From NCBI GenBank assembly GCA_902586905.1, contig CACIJH010000006.1, positions 9,874 through 73,873 on the forward strand: 64,000 bases of DNA, read 5' to 3'. The position numbers were made by a program, and so were the translations under genes. Below are positions 25,356 to 34,649 of this stretch, piece after piece (within the stretch, counting starts at the first letter, position 1; each line of letters starts with the position of its first letter). This DNA comes from an uncultured Bacteroidota bacterium. GTDB lineage: Bacteria > Bacteroidota > Bacteroidia > Flavobacteriales > Flavobacteriaceae. Under the pieces are notes generated by a model that was not told the origin of the DNA, did no database searches, and saw only the letters and a list, made by a program, of their open reading frames with translations.

Positions 25356-26342
25356 TTACTTCTTTTCTTTTATAGATCTCAGTATCGTCTCCACTTCAAA
25401 AATATAATCTCGCTTTGCTGTTGATGGGGCAAACACAAAACCTTCTAATACAATATTTCGATTGTTGGCCTTGTCGTTGATGATGTATTGTAAAAAAGGG
25501 CCTGCCATAAAATCGCCTTGGACTTCCCACGTTCCTCGTATTTCTACCGCTGGCTTGTTACCAAAGCTTGTGTGATACACATATGGCTCATAGGCTTTTT
25601 CTGTAATCAAATAACTGTTGGGCAATCGCCCTGGGATAAACGCTTTTCCAATAGAGTCTCGCTTAGCGATGATTTGTTCTAGGTTTTTTTGCGAAACGAT
25701 CGTTTCGTCATAAGGGGTAGTCAACACCAATAGATTGACATGTCCTTTTTGTGTTTCTCGTTGAAACCAGATTGTGTTTTCGCCTTCTTTAAGCGTATTG
25801 TAAGCAGATGGCATTGTGAGAGAAATCCCAAATTTTTCCTCCAGTCCATGATTTGTATAGGTAGATTTTCTAATTCTTCGCAATCTTTCGATGCGTTCTT
25901 GCTTGCGTATCGTTTCTATGACTTTATTGGACTGAGATATAATGATTTCTGTCAATTGATTTGTTGTTGGCGCAGTAAACACTGCTATCGTTTGGGGTTG
26001 TGCATAGGTGTTTTTAGCGATTCGCGCACTGGTTTGATCGCTAATACCAATCCACAATACACTTCGGCTTGACTGTGCAAATCCAGTAAAAATCTCTGGG
26101 GGGATTTGCTTGAGATCATACAATGGCTCTTGTTGTGGTAAACCTTCCGCTGGGTAAGCATACATGTCTCTAACTGTTTGTCCAATACTGCCTTGCCACA
26201 ATTGATTGGGCATCACCACTGTTACTGTATTGATATTTCCATTCGAGGACAGAACAAGGGGTGTGCCTTTTTTAGTCTGACAAGAGACCATTATCAATAC
26301 AGAAAAAATAAGGGTCAAGTTTTGTTTCATAATGATTAACAA
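25356..26342 (-). CDS. Lipoprotein of unknown function (DUF4837-like)
   Basis: Lipobox LIMVSCQ and 328 aa. The family name is from memory only. Confidence 0.6.
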   Translation of the reverse strand: MLIIMKQNLTLIFSVLIMVSCQTKKGTPLVLSSNGNINTVTVVMPNQLWQGSIGQTVRDMYAYPAEGLPQQEPLYDLKQIPPEIFTGFAQSSRSVLWIGISDQTSARIAKNTYAQPQTIAVFTAPTTNQLTEIIISQSNKVIETIRKQERIERLRRIRKSTYTNHGLEEKFGISLTMPSAYNTLKEGENTIWFQRETQKGHVNLLVLTTPYDETIVSQKNLEQIIAKRDSIGKAFIPGRLPNSYLITEKAYEPYVYHTSFGNKPAVEIRGTWEVQGDFMAGPFLQYIINDKANNRNIVLEGFVFAPSTAKRDYIFEVETILRSIKEKK

Positions 26343-26349
26343 CCAAAAA

Positions 26350-27537
26350 CTAAGCCAAAATCGCAGCTATTCCTGGGAGTGTTTTTCCTTCCAAACTCTC
26401 AAGCATCGCACCTCCACCAGTTGACACATAACTAACTTGATCTTCCATCTCAAACTGCTTCACAGCAGCTACAGAGTCCCCACCACCAACGAGTGAGAAG
26501 GATCCGTTTTTAGTGCTTGCTGCAATCGCTTCACCCAAAGCAATTGTCCCTTTAGAAAAATGAGAAAACTCAAAAACACCTACAGGGCCATTCCATAAAA
26601 TCGTTTTACAGCTAGACACCACTTCTGCAAAAGCAGCAATCGTTTCAAGTCCTGCGTCCATCCCTTCCCACCCATCAGGAATTTGATCAATGGGAAACAC
26701 TTGTTGTTTTGCGTCGTTTGAAAAGCTGTCGCCTGCAAGCACGTCTTTTGGTAAATGAACATGAACACCCTTTTCTTTTGCATTCGCTAAGATCGATAAA
26801 GCCAACTCCTGTTTGTCATCTTCACAAATCGAGTTTCCGATACTTCCACCCATTGCTTTGGCAAAAGTAAAAGACATTCCGCCACCCAAAATAAGATGGT
26901 CAACTTTGTCTAATATGTTTTCAATAATCGTGATTTTTGAAGACACTTTTGCTCCGCCAAGAATTGCCAACACTGGCTTTTCTCCAGACAACATCACACG
27001 ATCGATCGCGTCGATTTCTTTTGCCAACAGAAAACCAAAGTATTTTGATGTCGGGAAAAATTGGGCAACTGTTGTTGTTGAAGCGTGTGCGCGATGCGCT
27101 GTTCCAAAGGCATCGTTGATATATGCGTCTGCTAACTTTGCTAATGATTGTGCAAATTGCTTATCTCCTTTGGTTTCTTCGTCATAAAACCTCAAGTTTT
27201 CGAGCAGCATCACCTGGCCTGGTTGTAGTGCATTTGCCATCTGTTCAGCCTCTCTTCCTATCGTTTTGTTTGAAAAATGTACTTGAACACCCAATACCTT
27301 TTCTATTTCAGCAACAATGTGACGAAGTGATAGGTTGTCATCCACCCCTTTTGGTCGGCCTAAATGGCTCATCAACACACAGCTTCCTCCATCTGCCAAA
27401 ACCTTATCAATTGTTGGTTTGGCTGCTATAATTCTGGTGTTGTCTGTTACAGATTTGTTGTCATCCAATGGAACATTGAAATCAACTCGAATCAATACTT
27501 TCTTGTTTGTAAAACTGGTTTTATCTATGGTTTTCAT
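26350..27537 (-). CDS. pgk: Phosphoglycerate kinase
   Basis: [29 protein letters not shown] and STGGGA motifs. 395 aa. Confidence 0.97.
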   Translation of the reverse strand: MKTIDKTSFTNKKVLIRVDFNVPLDDNKSVTDNTRIIAAKPTIDKVLADGGSCVLMSHLGRPKGVDDNLSLRHIVAEIEKVLGVQVHFSNKTIGREAEQMANALQPGQVMLLENLRFYDEETKGDKQFAQSLAKLADAYINDAFGTAHRAHASTTTVAQFFPTSKYFGFLLAKEIDAIDRVMLSGEKPVLAILGGAKVSSKITIIENILDKVDHLILGGGMSFTFAKAMGGSIGNSICEDDKQELALSILANAKEKGVHVHLPKDVLAGDSFSNDAKQQVFPIDQIPDGWEGMDAGLETIAAFAEVVSSCKTILWNGPVGVFEFSHFSKGTIALGEAIAASTKNGSFSLVGGGDSVAAVKQFEMEDQVSYVSTGGGAMLESLEGKTLPGIAAILA

Positions 27538-27631
27538 GTGGTAATTTATGGCTGTAAATGTACGTTTTTCTTGTTCTTTTTTCTGTCTGTTCAGTGCTGT
27601 ATTTTTAGAAGATGAATATGTATCTTTGGAT

Positions 27632-28765
27632 ATGCGATTTGATGAAATCTATGGCAACAAGGCACAAATAAACGCACTTCGAGAAAGCATCTCTTTGGGG
27701 CGAGTTCCACACGCTCAATTGTTTGTTGGTCCTGAGGGTGTTGGTATGCTTGGGGTTGCAATCGCATTTATGCGTTCTGTATTTTGTCAGGACTCTGATT
27801 CATCTTCTTGCAATCTGAAATTTGATCGTCTTACTCATGCAGACCTGCATTTTGTTTTTCCTGTCGCTGCGAACGCAAAAGTAAAATCAAAGCCAACTTC
27901 AACACTCTTCCTTGAAGATTGGCGATTGTTTGTCGATAAAACCCCAGCAGGAACTCTTTTTGATTGGTATCAGCAGATCGAGGTTGAAAACAAACAGGGT
28001 CAAATTGGAGTGTTGGATGCTGAGGAAATCACAAAGAAACTGTCTTTAAAATCGTATGAAGGTGGCTGGAAAGGGGTCATTGTTTGGCAAGCTGACAAGC
28101 TCAATGCTGCTGCTGCAAACAAGTTGCTAAAGCTGGTTGAAGAGCCTACGGAAAAAACACTATTTGTGTTTATTTCAAACCATGAAGATCATGTACTTGA
28201 AACATTACGTTCGCGTTGTCAGACTATCAATTTTTCATTGTTAGCTGATGCTGAAATTTCTAAGGCCTTAGTCGCAAAAGGCGCAACTCAAGAACAAGCC
28301 AAAGCTTTGAGTGTACAGTCAAATGGGCAATTGAGTCGAGCGATGCATATGATGAATGCTGATGATGTTCCTTTTGAAGAGTGGTTTGTAAGTTGGGTGC
28401 GTACAGCGTTTAAGGCAAAGCAGAACAAAGGTTCTGTTGTGGAATTGTTGAATTGGAGTCAGAAGATCGCACAAGTTGGTCGCGAAACACAAAAGCAATT
28501 TTTGTTGTTTAGCATTGATTTATTTCGCCAAGCCTTGCTGATTCAGTACGATCTTGATGAATTAGCAACCTACAAACCTCAAAGTGCTTTTGATCTAAAC
28601 CGTTTTGCGAAGTATGTACATAATGGAAATATTCATTTGATTATCAGCGAGTTAGAGTCTGCTTACGCCCACATTGAACGCAACGGAAACGCAAAAATGG
28701 TTTTCTCAGATCTATCGCTAAAGCTCACGCGACAAATTCACAAAGCCCCTATTTTGGCGTCATAA
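27632..28765 (+). CDS. holB: DNA polymerase III delta' subunit
   Basis: [20 protein letters not shown]+ P-loop variant, [18 protein letters not shown] and SRCQ (sensor) motifs. Start moved to MRFDEIYG. Confidence 0.8.
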   Translation: MRFDEIYGNKAQINALRESISLGRVPHAQLFVGPEGVGMLGVAIAFMRSVFCQDSDSSSCNLKFDRLTHADLHFVFPVAANAKVKSKPTSTLFLEDWRLFVDKTPAGTLFDWYQQIEVENKQGQIGVLDAEEITKKLSLKSYEGGWKGVIVWQADKLNAAAANKLLKLVEEPTEKTLFVFISNHEDHVLETLRSRCQTINFSLLADAEISKALVAKGATQEQAKALSVQSNGQLSRAMHMMNADDVPFEEWFVSWVRTAFKAKQNKGSVVELLNWSQKIAQVGRETQKQFLLFSIDLFRQALLIQYDLDELATYKPQSAFDLNRFAKYVHNGNIHLIISELESAYAHIERNGNAKMVFSDLSLKLTRQIHKAPILAS

Positions 28766-28855
28766 CACCTTCTTTTTTTTGATCGCGTCTAAGCGCACAT
28801 CTCGTTTTTTTTGACACACATATCCTTTGTTAGAACAGAATGGCCTTAAACGCCT

Positions 28856-29665
28856 TTATTTTTGTTTTTTTAGAACAAAAATGACAGATGAGTGGTTCTG
28901 AGATTGTTTTGCAGCTTGATTTGAGCGCCATCCAGTACAAATTGCTTTTAGCCAAGCAAAACGAGATTGTTTGTTTTTTTCAGAAAGCAATGAAACGTAA
29001 TATGCGTCAAAGACAAGTGGATAGGTCTTTTCAACAACAAAGCCACAATCTTCACTCAGATCGATAAAGCCTTTTGGAGAAAAATGCCAAAGGTGCCTCG
29101 GTACATCATAACCCGCCCACTGAACACCATATTTTTTAGCATCCCATGATTTATAATTTGGCAAGGCCACAAACATCTTTCCATCTTTTTGTAATGAATC
29201 GTATGCTTGTTGCAAAAACGCTTTGGGCTTGGGTAAATGTTCAATCACATGCCAAGCTGTTATGGTGTTATAATAGGAAGTTTTGATCCATTCATTTACG
29301 TAGGTTGCTTTGGGGCTGTGTGCGTTGGTATTGGGCTCATATCCTTCCGCATCCCATCCTTTCTTTTGGGCAAATTCCACAAAAGAGCCTGTACCTGCAC
29401 CAAAATCCAACAGCTTTCCTTTGGTTGACATGTGCTTGTGAATCAATTTTGTTTTGTACTTATGATTGAATTGTCTCAACAAAGCATAAAAAGTAAAAAA
29501 CAAAGACTTTCCTTTTATTTTGTGAGAGATATAGTTTGGGTGGTTATAGTAGAGATCAAGGTGTTTTGGTTGTGGGGTGGTTTGTAAGATTTCATAGGTC
29601 TGATAAGGCTCCAATACAAAGGCCTCTCCTGTGACTAAATAATCGATGCAAGTAGTTTTTTTCAT
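28856..29665 (-). CDS. Class I SAM-dependent methyltransferase
   Basis: Motif I LLDFGAGTGSFVEF, with the later acidic and DGKMFVALPN motifs. 269 aa. Confidence 0.75.
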   Translation of the reverse strand: MKKTTCIDYLVTGEAFVLEPYQTYEILQTTPQPKHLDLYYNHPNYISHKIKGKSLFFTFYALLRQFNHKYKTKLIHKHMSTKGKLLDFGAGTGSFVEFAQKKGWDAEGYEPNTNAHSPKATYVNEWIKTSYYNTITAWHVIEHLPKPKAFLQQAYDSLQKDGKMFVALPNYKSWDAKKYGVQWAGYDVPRHLWHFSPKGFIDLSEDCGFVVEKTYPLVFDAYYVSLLSEKNKQSRFAWLKAICTGWRSNQAAKQSQNHSSVIFVLKKQK

Positions 29666-29680
29666 TGTCTCTAGCTTTAT

Positions 29681-29694
29681 GTTCCACGTGGAAC
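29681..29694. repeat. Perfect 14-bp palindrome GTTCCACGTGGAAC, copy 1
   Basis: Read directly. It lies between the mnmG stop (29695) and the methyltransferase start (29665), 16 nt upstream of that start. Confidence 0.95.
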
Positions 29695-31566
29695 CTAACG
29701 CCCCATGTGGACCAATAAAACACTGATGTCGCTAGGTGAAACACCACTAATTCTAGAGGCTTGGGATAGGGTTTTGGGTTGTATTTCTGTGAGCTTTTGA
29801 CGTGCCTCTGTAGATATCGATTGGATGTTGTTGTAATCAAAACCATCAGGGATCTTAATCGATTCAAGGCGATCTAGTTTCTTTGCTTGTGCTTCTTCCT
29901 TTTCTATATAACCAGCATACTTGATCTGTATTTCTGCTTGTTCTAAAGTCTCTTGATTGGGTTCGTTTTCAGATAAAAAGTTTGCCAATGGCACTACAGA
30001 AGTAAGGTCATCCATTGTCAGTTGTGGACGAGACAAAATCTTTGCCAACTTGGTTGATTGTTTGATTTCTGCTGTTTCGTTGCTGTTAAGAATAGAGTTG
30101 ATTTGATCTGGTTGTATGCTTGTTTTTCTCAAAAAGCCGATCAAGTGATTTGCGCGTTCCTGAGCACTTTCCATTACTCGCATCCTTTCATCTGTTGCCA
30201 AACCTATTTTGTGCGATAACGGCGTTAGGCGTGTGTCGGCGTTGTCTTGTCGTAGCAAAGTTCTGTACTCAGCTCTAGAGGTAAACATTCGGTAAGGCTC
30301 CTCGGTTCCCTTGGTGATGAGATCGTCGATCAGAACCCCTATATATGCTTGATCTCTTCGTAAAGAAAAGGGTTCTTTTTCGTTGTGATACTGATGTGCG
30401 TTGATGCCTGCCATTAGGCCTTGTGCTGCTGCTTCTTCATAACCTGTGGTGCCATTGATTTGACCTGCGAAAAACAAGCCTTTAATTGGTTTGGTTTCCA
30501 AACTATGCTTAAGTTGGGTAGGAGGGAAATAATCGTATTCAATCGCATATCCTGGACGAAAAAACTTTACGTTTTCGAAGCCCTTAACAGCTGTCAACGC
30601 TCGAAATTGAACGTCTTCTGGAAGGGATGTTGAAAACCCATTCACATACACTTCAACTGTATTCCACCCCTCTGGTTCTACGAAAATTTGGTGTCTGTCC
30701 TTGTCAGCAAATCGATTGATTTTATCTTCAACCGACGGACAATAGCGAGGGCCTATACTTTTGATTCTTCCATTAAACATAGGAGATCGGTCAAAGCCTT
30801 CACGTAAGAGATCATGAACCTCGGGGTTGGTATATGTCATGTGGCAAGATCGCTGTGTTTGCAAGGGTTGGGTAGTTGGGAGATAAGAAAAGGTGCTGGG
30901 TTGGTCGTCTCCAGGCTGCTCGATCATTTTTGAATAATCCAACGATCGGCCATCGACACGGGGTGGGGTGCCTGTTTTCATTCGTCCTGACGAAAAACCC
31001 CTTTCAACCAAGCGTTCTGTGATACCAAAGGATGCACTTTCACCTGCGCGACCACCACCAAATTGCTTTTCTCCTATGTGAATAAGGCCATTGAGGAACG
31101 TGCCGCTTGTCAATACAACTGACTTCGCATATATCTCTAACCCTAAGGATGTTTTAACACCACATACACGTTCTTTATCAAAAAGGAGATCAGTAACCAT
31201 CTCTTGATAAAAATCGACATTGGTTGTTTCTTCCAAAAGCAAGCGCCATTGTTCTGCAAAACGCATACGATCTGACTGTGCTCTTGGGCTCCACATCGCA
31301 GGCCCTTTAGATTTGTTAAGCATTTTAAACTGTATGGCTGTTTGGTCAGTTACAATGCCACTATAGCCCCCAAGCGCATCGATTTCTCTTAAAATTTGTC
31401 CTTTGGCGATACCGCCCATTGCAGGATTACAAGACATTTGTGCAATGTTTTGAAGGTTCATCGTAACCAAAAGGGTTTTGCTGCCCATATTAGCAGCCGC
31501 AGCTGCGGCTTCAGAACCTGCGTGTCCCGCGCCAACAACGATAACATCATATTTATCACTAAACAT
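29695..31566 (-). CDS. mnmG: tRNA uridine-5-carboxymethylaminomethyl modification enzyme
   Basis: YDVIVVGAGHAGSEAA FAD motif and GTTGYEEAAAQG. 623 aa. Confidence 0.97.
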   Translation of the reverse strand: MFSDKYDVIVVGAGHAGSEAAAAAANMGSKTLLVTMNLQNIAQMSCNPAMGGIAKGQILREIDALGGYSGIVTDQTAIQFKMLNKSKGPAMWSPRAQSDRMRFAEQWRLLLEETTNVDFYQEMVTDLLFDKERVCGVKTSLGLEIYAKSVVLTSGTFLNGLIHIGEKQFGGGRAGESASFGITERLVERGFSSGRMKTGTPPRVDGRSLDYSKMIEQPGDDQPSTFSYLPTTQPLQTQRSCHMTYTNPEVHDLLREGFDRSPMFNGRIKSIGPRYCPSVEDKINRFADKDRHQIFVEPEGWNTVEVYVNGFSTSLPEDVQFRALTAVKGFENVKFFRPGYAIEYDYFPPTQLKHSLETKPIKGLFFAGQINGTTGYEEAAAQGLMAGINAHQYHNEKEPFSLRRDQAYIGVLIDDLITKGTEEPYRMFTSRAEYRTLLRQDNADTRLTPLSHKIGLATDERMRVMESAQERANHLIGFLRKTSIQPDQINSILNSNETAEIKQSTKLAKILSRPQLTMDDLTSVVPLANFLSENEPNQETLEQAEIQIKYAGYIEKEEAQAKKLDRLESIKIPDGFDYNNIQSISTEARQKLTEIQPKTLSQASRISGVSPSDISVLLVHMGR

Positions 31567-32041
31567 CGCTTGGTGTAGATTTTGGTTCCACGTGGAACAG
31601 TTTTAATAACTCGTTCTCTTTGTGGTGCATCATTCGCTTATCACCTTCTGTCTTGTCGTTAAAGCCAACACAGTGCAAAATACCATGTATCATTACTCGA
31701 GCTAATTCGTTTTCTGTGCTAACACCCTCATTATCAGCATTTTCTGAAACACGGTCTGTTGAAACAGCAATATCACAGTGAATGGTGTTTTGAGATGAAT
31801 AATCAAAAGTGATGACGTCTGTATAATCATTATGGTTCAGGTGCTTTTTATTGATCTCCAACAAACTTTCGTCACTCATTAAAGAGATATGTATCTCGCC
31901 GATCTGCATTTGTAACAGGTTCACGCATCGCTTTAGCCAAGCAACTAAGGAAGCTTCGTTGCTCAACTCAAAATCGTTTTGTGCACTAATTGTAATGTTA
32001 TCCACGGAACAAAGGTAGGTGTTTACGCTATTGCAAGTCAA
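31559..32041 (-). CDS. ybeY: rRNA maturation endoribonuclease YbeY
   Basis: HGILHCVGFND zinc-binding motif. The true start may be internal (GTG at about 32005). The 3' end overlaps the mnmG start by 8 nt. Confidence 0.85.
   Translation of the reverse strand: MTCNSVNTYLCSVDNITISAQNDFELSNEASLVAWLKRCVNLLQMQIGEIHISLMSDESLLEINKKHLNHNDYTDVITFDYSSQNTIHCDIAVSTDRVSENADNEGVSTENELARVMIHGILHCVGFNDKTEGDKRMMHHKENELLKLFHVEPKSTPSDV
31585..31598. repeat. Perfect 14-bp palindrome GTTCCACGTGGAAC, copy 2
   Basis: Read directly. It lies inside the 3' end of ybeY (encoding ..LFHVEP..), 19 nt upstream of the mnmG start codon. Confidence 0.95.
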
Positions 32042-32149
32042 TACAGAAAAGTATAATTTGATTTAATGTATTGATTTTGTGGTATTTATACAGCTTTTGC
32101 GTGGGTTTCGTGTTGTCATCATTAGACGATATCTTTACAAAAAAATTAA

Positions 32150-33664
32150 ATGGCAGATTCTGTTCGTGTTCGTTTTGCGCCAAGCCCCACTGGTCCTCTT
32201 CATATTGGGGGAGTGCGAACAGCTTTATACAATTATCTGTACGCCAAAAAAAACAATGGTTCCTTTTTGCTTCGCATTGAAGACACTGACCAAAAACGAA
32301 CTGTTTCAGACGCTGAGGAATATATCTACTCGGCACTAGAATGGCTGGGAATTGTGCCAGATGAAAGCCCAAAGCACGGGGGGTCATTTGGCCCTTATCG
32401 CCAAAGTGAACGAAAAGAGATTTATAAAAAATGGGTGCAGATTCTTATACATAAAGGCTTGGCATATTATGCTTTTGATGCACCTGAGGAGTTGGAGGCG
32501 CACAGGAAAGAACACGAGAAAAAAGGGAAAACATTTATATACAATTGGCACAATCGACTTAAACTTAAGAACAGTTTGAGTGTAAGCGCAAAAGAAGTCA
32601 ACGAGAAAATCAAAAGAGGTGCGCCATATGTCGTGCGTTTTTTAATGTGGAGCAATGGCGATGATGAAGTTGTGCGTTGTCCCGACATCATTCGTGGTAA
32701 TGTGGATGTAGACTGTAAACTGCTAGATGATAAAATTTTGTATAAAAGCGATGGGTTCCCCACCTACCATTTTGCCAATGTTGTGGATGACCACCTGATG
32801 AAGATTTCTCATGTCATAAGAGGTGAGGAGTGGTTGCCATCACTCGCCTTGCACATCAAACTATATGATGCTTTTGGTTGGACTGCTCCTGCTTTTGCGC
32901 ATTTGCCTTTGATTTTGAAACCTAGTGGCAAAGGGAAATTATCCAAAAGAGATGGTGATCAATTGGGTTTTCCTGTTTTCCCTATACAGTGGGGAGATGA
33001 AATGAAAGGTTATCGAGAAATTGGCTTTTTGCCCGAGGCTGTTGTAAATTTTTTGACATTACTCGGTTGGAACAATGGCGACGAACAAGAAGTGTTTAGC
33101 TTAGAAGAAATGGTTGCGCTTTTCGATTTGAACAGGGTTCATCATGCGGGTGCTCGTTTTGACCCTGAGAAAAATAAGTGGTTTAATCAACAACACATAC
33201 AGGCCTTACCACCAAAGGCTTTTGCTCAGTTATGTAAGGCTGAAGTTGAGCGATATAACCAAAGCACTTTAACAGATGAAAAGCTGCTGGCAATGGCAGA
33301 AATGGTGCAGCCAAGAGTTGTGTTGCTTGGTGACTTGTGGTCAGAGCTAAAGGTATTCTTCGAAACGCCTGATGAATACAATCCCAAAGCGACCAAAAAG
33401 GTTTGGAAAGAAAATACATCAACACTTCTGCAGGCTGTTGCGAATCGTCTCGTCAATAAAGATGATTTAAAAGCAGATGCTTTCAAAGCTCTATTGCAGT
33501 CCATTGCAGAGGATGCTGGCACAGGAATTGGTGCACTGATGGGACCCCTTCGGCTTGTGTTGGTTGGTTCATTAACAGGTCCTGATTTGTTGCAGTTGGT
33601 GCAAGCCTTGGGCGCTCAAGTGGTGATTGATCGAATTAACCTTGCGTTAATGAAAATCAGCTAA
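32150..33664 (+). CDS. gltX: Glutamate--tRNA ligase
   Basis: RFAPSPTGPLHIGGVRTAL (HIGH) and KLSKRD (KMSKS). 504 aa. Confidence 0.97.
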   Translation: MADSVRVRFAPSPTGPLHIGGVRTALYNYLYAKKNNGSFLLRIEDTDQKRTVSDAEEYIYSALEWLGIVPDESPKHGGSFGPYRQSERKEIYKKWVQILIHKGLAYYAFDAPEELEAHRKEHEKKGKTFIYNWHNRLKLKNSLSVSAKEVNEKIKRGAPYVVRFLMWSNGDDEVVRCPDIIRGNVDVDCKLLDDKILYKSDGFPTYHFANVVDDHLMKISHVIRGEEWLPSLALHIKLYDAFGWTAPAFAHLPLILKPSGKGKLSKRDGDQLGFPVFPIQWGDEMKGYREIGFLPEAVVNFLTLLGWNNGDEQEVFSLEEMVALFDLNRVHHAGARFDPEKNKWFNQQHIQALPPKAFAQLCKAEVERYNQSTLTDEKLLAMAEMVQPRVVLLGDLWSELKVFFETPDEYNPKATKKVWKENTSTLLQAVANRLVNKDDLKADAFKALLQSIAEDAGTGIGALMGPLRLVLVGSLTGPDLLQLVQALGAQVVIDRINLALMKIS

Positions 33665-33704
33665 AGATTTTTTATCTTACGTCTGAATCTAAAAACAACT
33701 TATC

Positions 33705-34646
33705 ATGTCAATAATCATATATTCTATCCTTGGGTTTCTTGCTTTTGTCCTGCTTTTCGGCACCTTTTTTATCGTTCGGCAACAGTCGGCTGCTGTCGTT
33801 GAGCGCTTTGGAAAATTTATCAGTGTTCGGCATTCCGGTTTACAACTCAAAATCCCATTCATTGATCGCGTTTCTGGACGAGTGAGTTTACGTGTGCAGC
33901 AGCTAGATGTTGTTGTCGAAACAAAAACAAAGGACGATGTTTTTGTAAAAATAAAAGTGTCTGTACAATACAAAGTCATCAAGGACAAGGTGTTTGATGC
34001 TTTTTATAAGCTCGATTTTCCTCAGGACCAAATCACCTCTTATGTGTTTGATGTCGTTCGTGCTGAAGTCCCAAAAATGATTTTAGATGATGTCTTTGAG
34101 AAAAAAGATGATATCGCAATTGCTGTGAAGTCAGAGCTGAATGATTCGATGCTCAACTATGGGTTTGACATTATAAAAACCCTCGTCACTGACATCGACC
34201 CAGATGCGCAAGTGAAAGACTCTATGAATCGAATTAATGCTTCTGAAAGAGAGAAGGTTGCTGCACAGTTTGAAGGAGATGCACAGCGTATTTTGATTGT
34301 TGAAAGAGCCAAGGCAGAGGCAGAATCCAAGCGTTTGCAAGGGCAAGGTATTGCTGATCAAAGGCGTGAAATTGCACGTGGTTTGGAAGACTCTGTCAAG
34401 GTCCTAAATGGTGTCAATATCAACTCACAAGAGGCCTCTGCTTTGATTGTTGTTACACAGCACTATGACACCCTTCAGTCTGTTGGATCTGCGAGCAATA
34501 GCAATTTGATTTTGATGCCAAACTCACCTCAAGCTGGCTCTGAAATGCTTAATAATATGGTCGCATCCTTTACTGCGAGCAATCAAATAGGGGAGGCCAT
34601 GAAAAAGCAAAGAGAAAAAAGCGAAAGCACTAAAAAGAGCGAATAA
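33705..34646 (+). CDS. SPFH/band-7 (stomatin-like) membrane protein
   Basis: N-terminal TM helix, then VVERFGKF...GLQLKIPFID, and a coiled-coil ERAKAEAESKRLQGQG. Confidence 0.85.
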   Translation: MSIIIYSILGFLAFVLLFGTFFIVRQQSAAVVERFGKFISVRHSGLQLKIPFIDRVSGRVSLRVQQLDVVVETKTKDDVFVKIKVSVQYKVIKDKVFDAFYKLDFPQDQITSYVFDVVRAEVPKMILDDVFEKKDDIAIAVKSELNDSMLNYGFDIIKTLVTDIDPDAQVKDSMNRINASEREKVAAQFEGDAQRILIVERAKAEAESKRLQGQGIADQRREIARGLEDSVKVLNGVNINSQEASALIVVTQHYDTLQSVGSASNSNLILMPNSPQAGSEMLNNMVASFTASNQIGEAMKKQREKSESTKKSE

Positions 34647-34649
34647 CAA

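Noticed and set aside
25206-25424. 72-aa ORF in the track between the M23 peptidase and the lipoprotein gene
   Set aside because: It is the wrong frame. It overlaps the clearly recognisable tatA frame (25178-25354) and then runs antisense into the convergent gene. The product is low-complexity with no motif.
27548-27631. 28-codon N-terminal extension of holB
   Set aside because: It starts 10 nt from the divergent pgk start and has a Cys/Phe-rich, non-protein-like composition. The conserved delta-prime N-terminus begins at MRFDEIYG (27632).
28766-28855. Possible terminator after holB (two TTTTTTTTGA runs flanking GCG...CGC)
   Set aside because: The stem is only 3 bp, which is not convincing as an intrinsic terminator.
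32028-32387. 119-aa minus-strand ORF across the ybeY/gltX intergenic region
   Set aside because: It is antisense to the gltX 5' end and overlaps the ybeY start. No motif. Intergenic AT-rich sequence explains the open frame.
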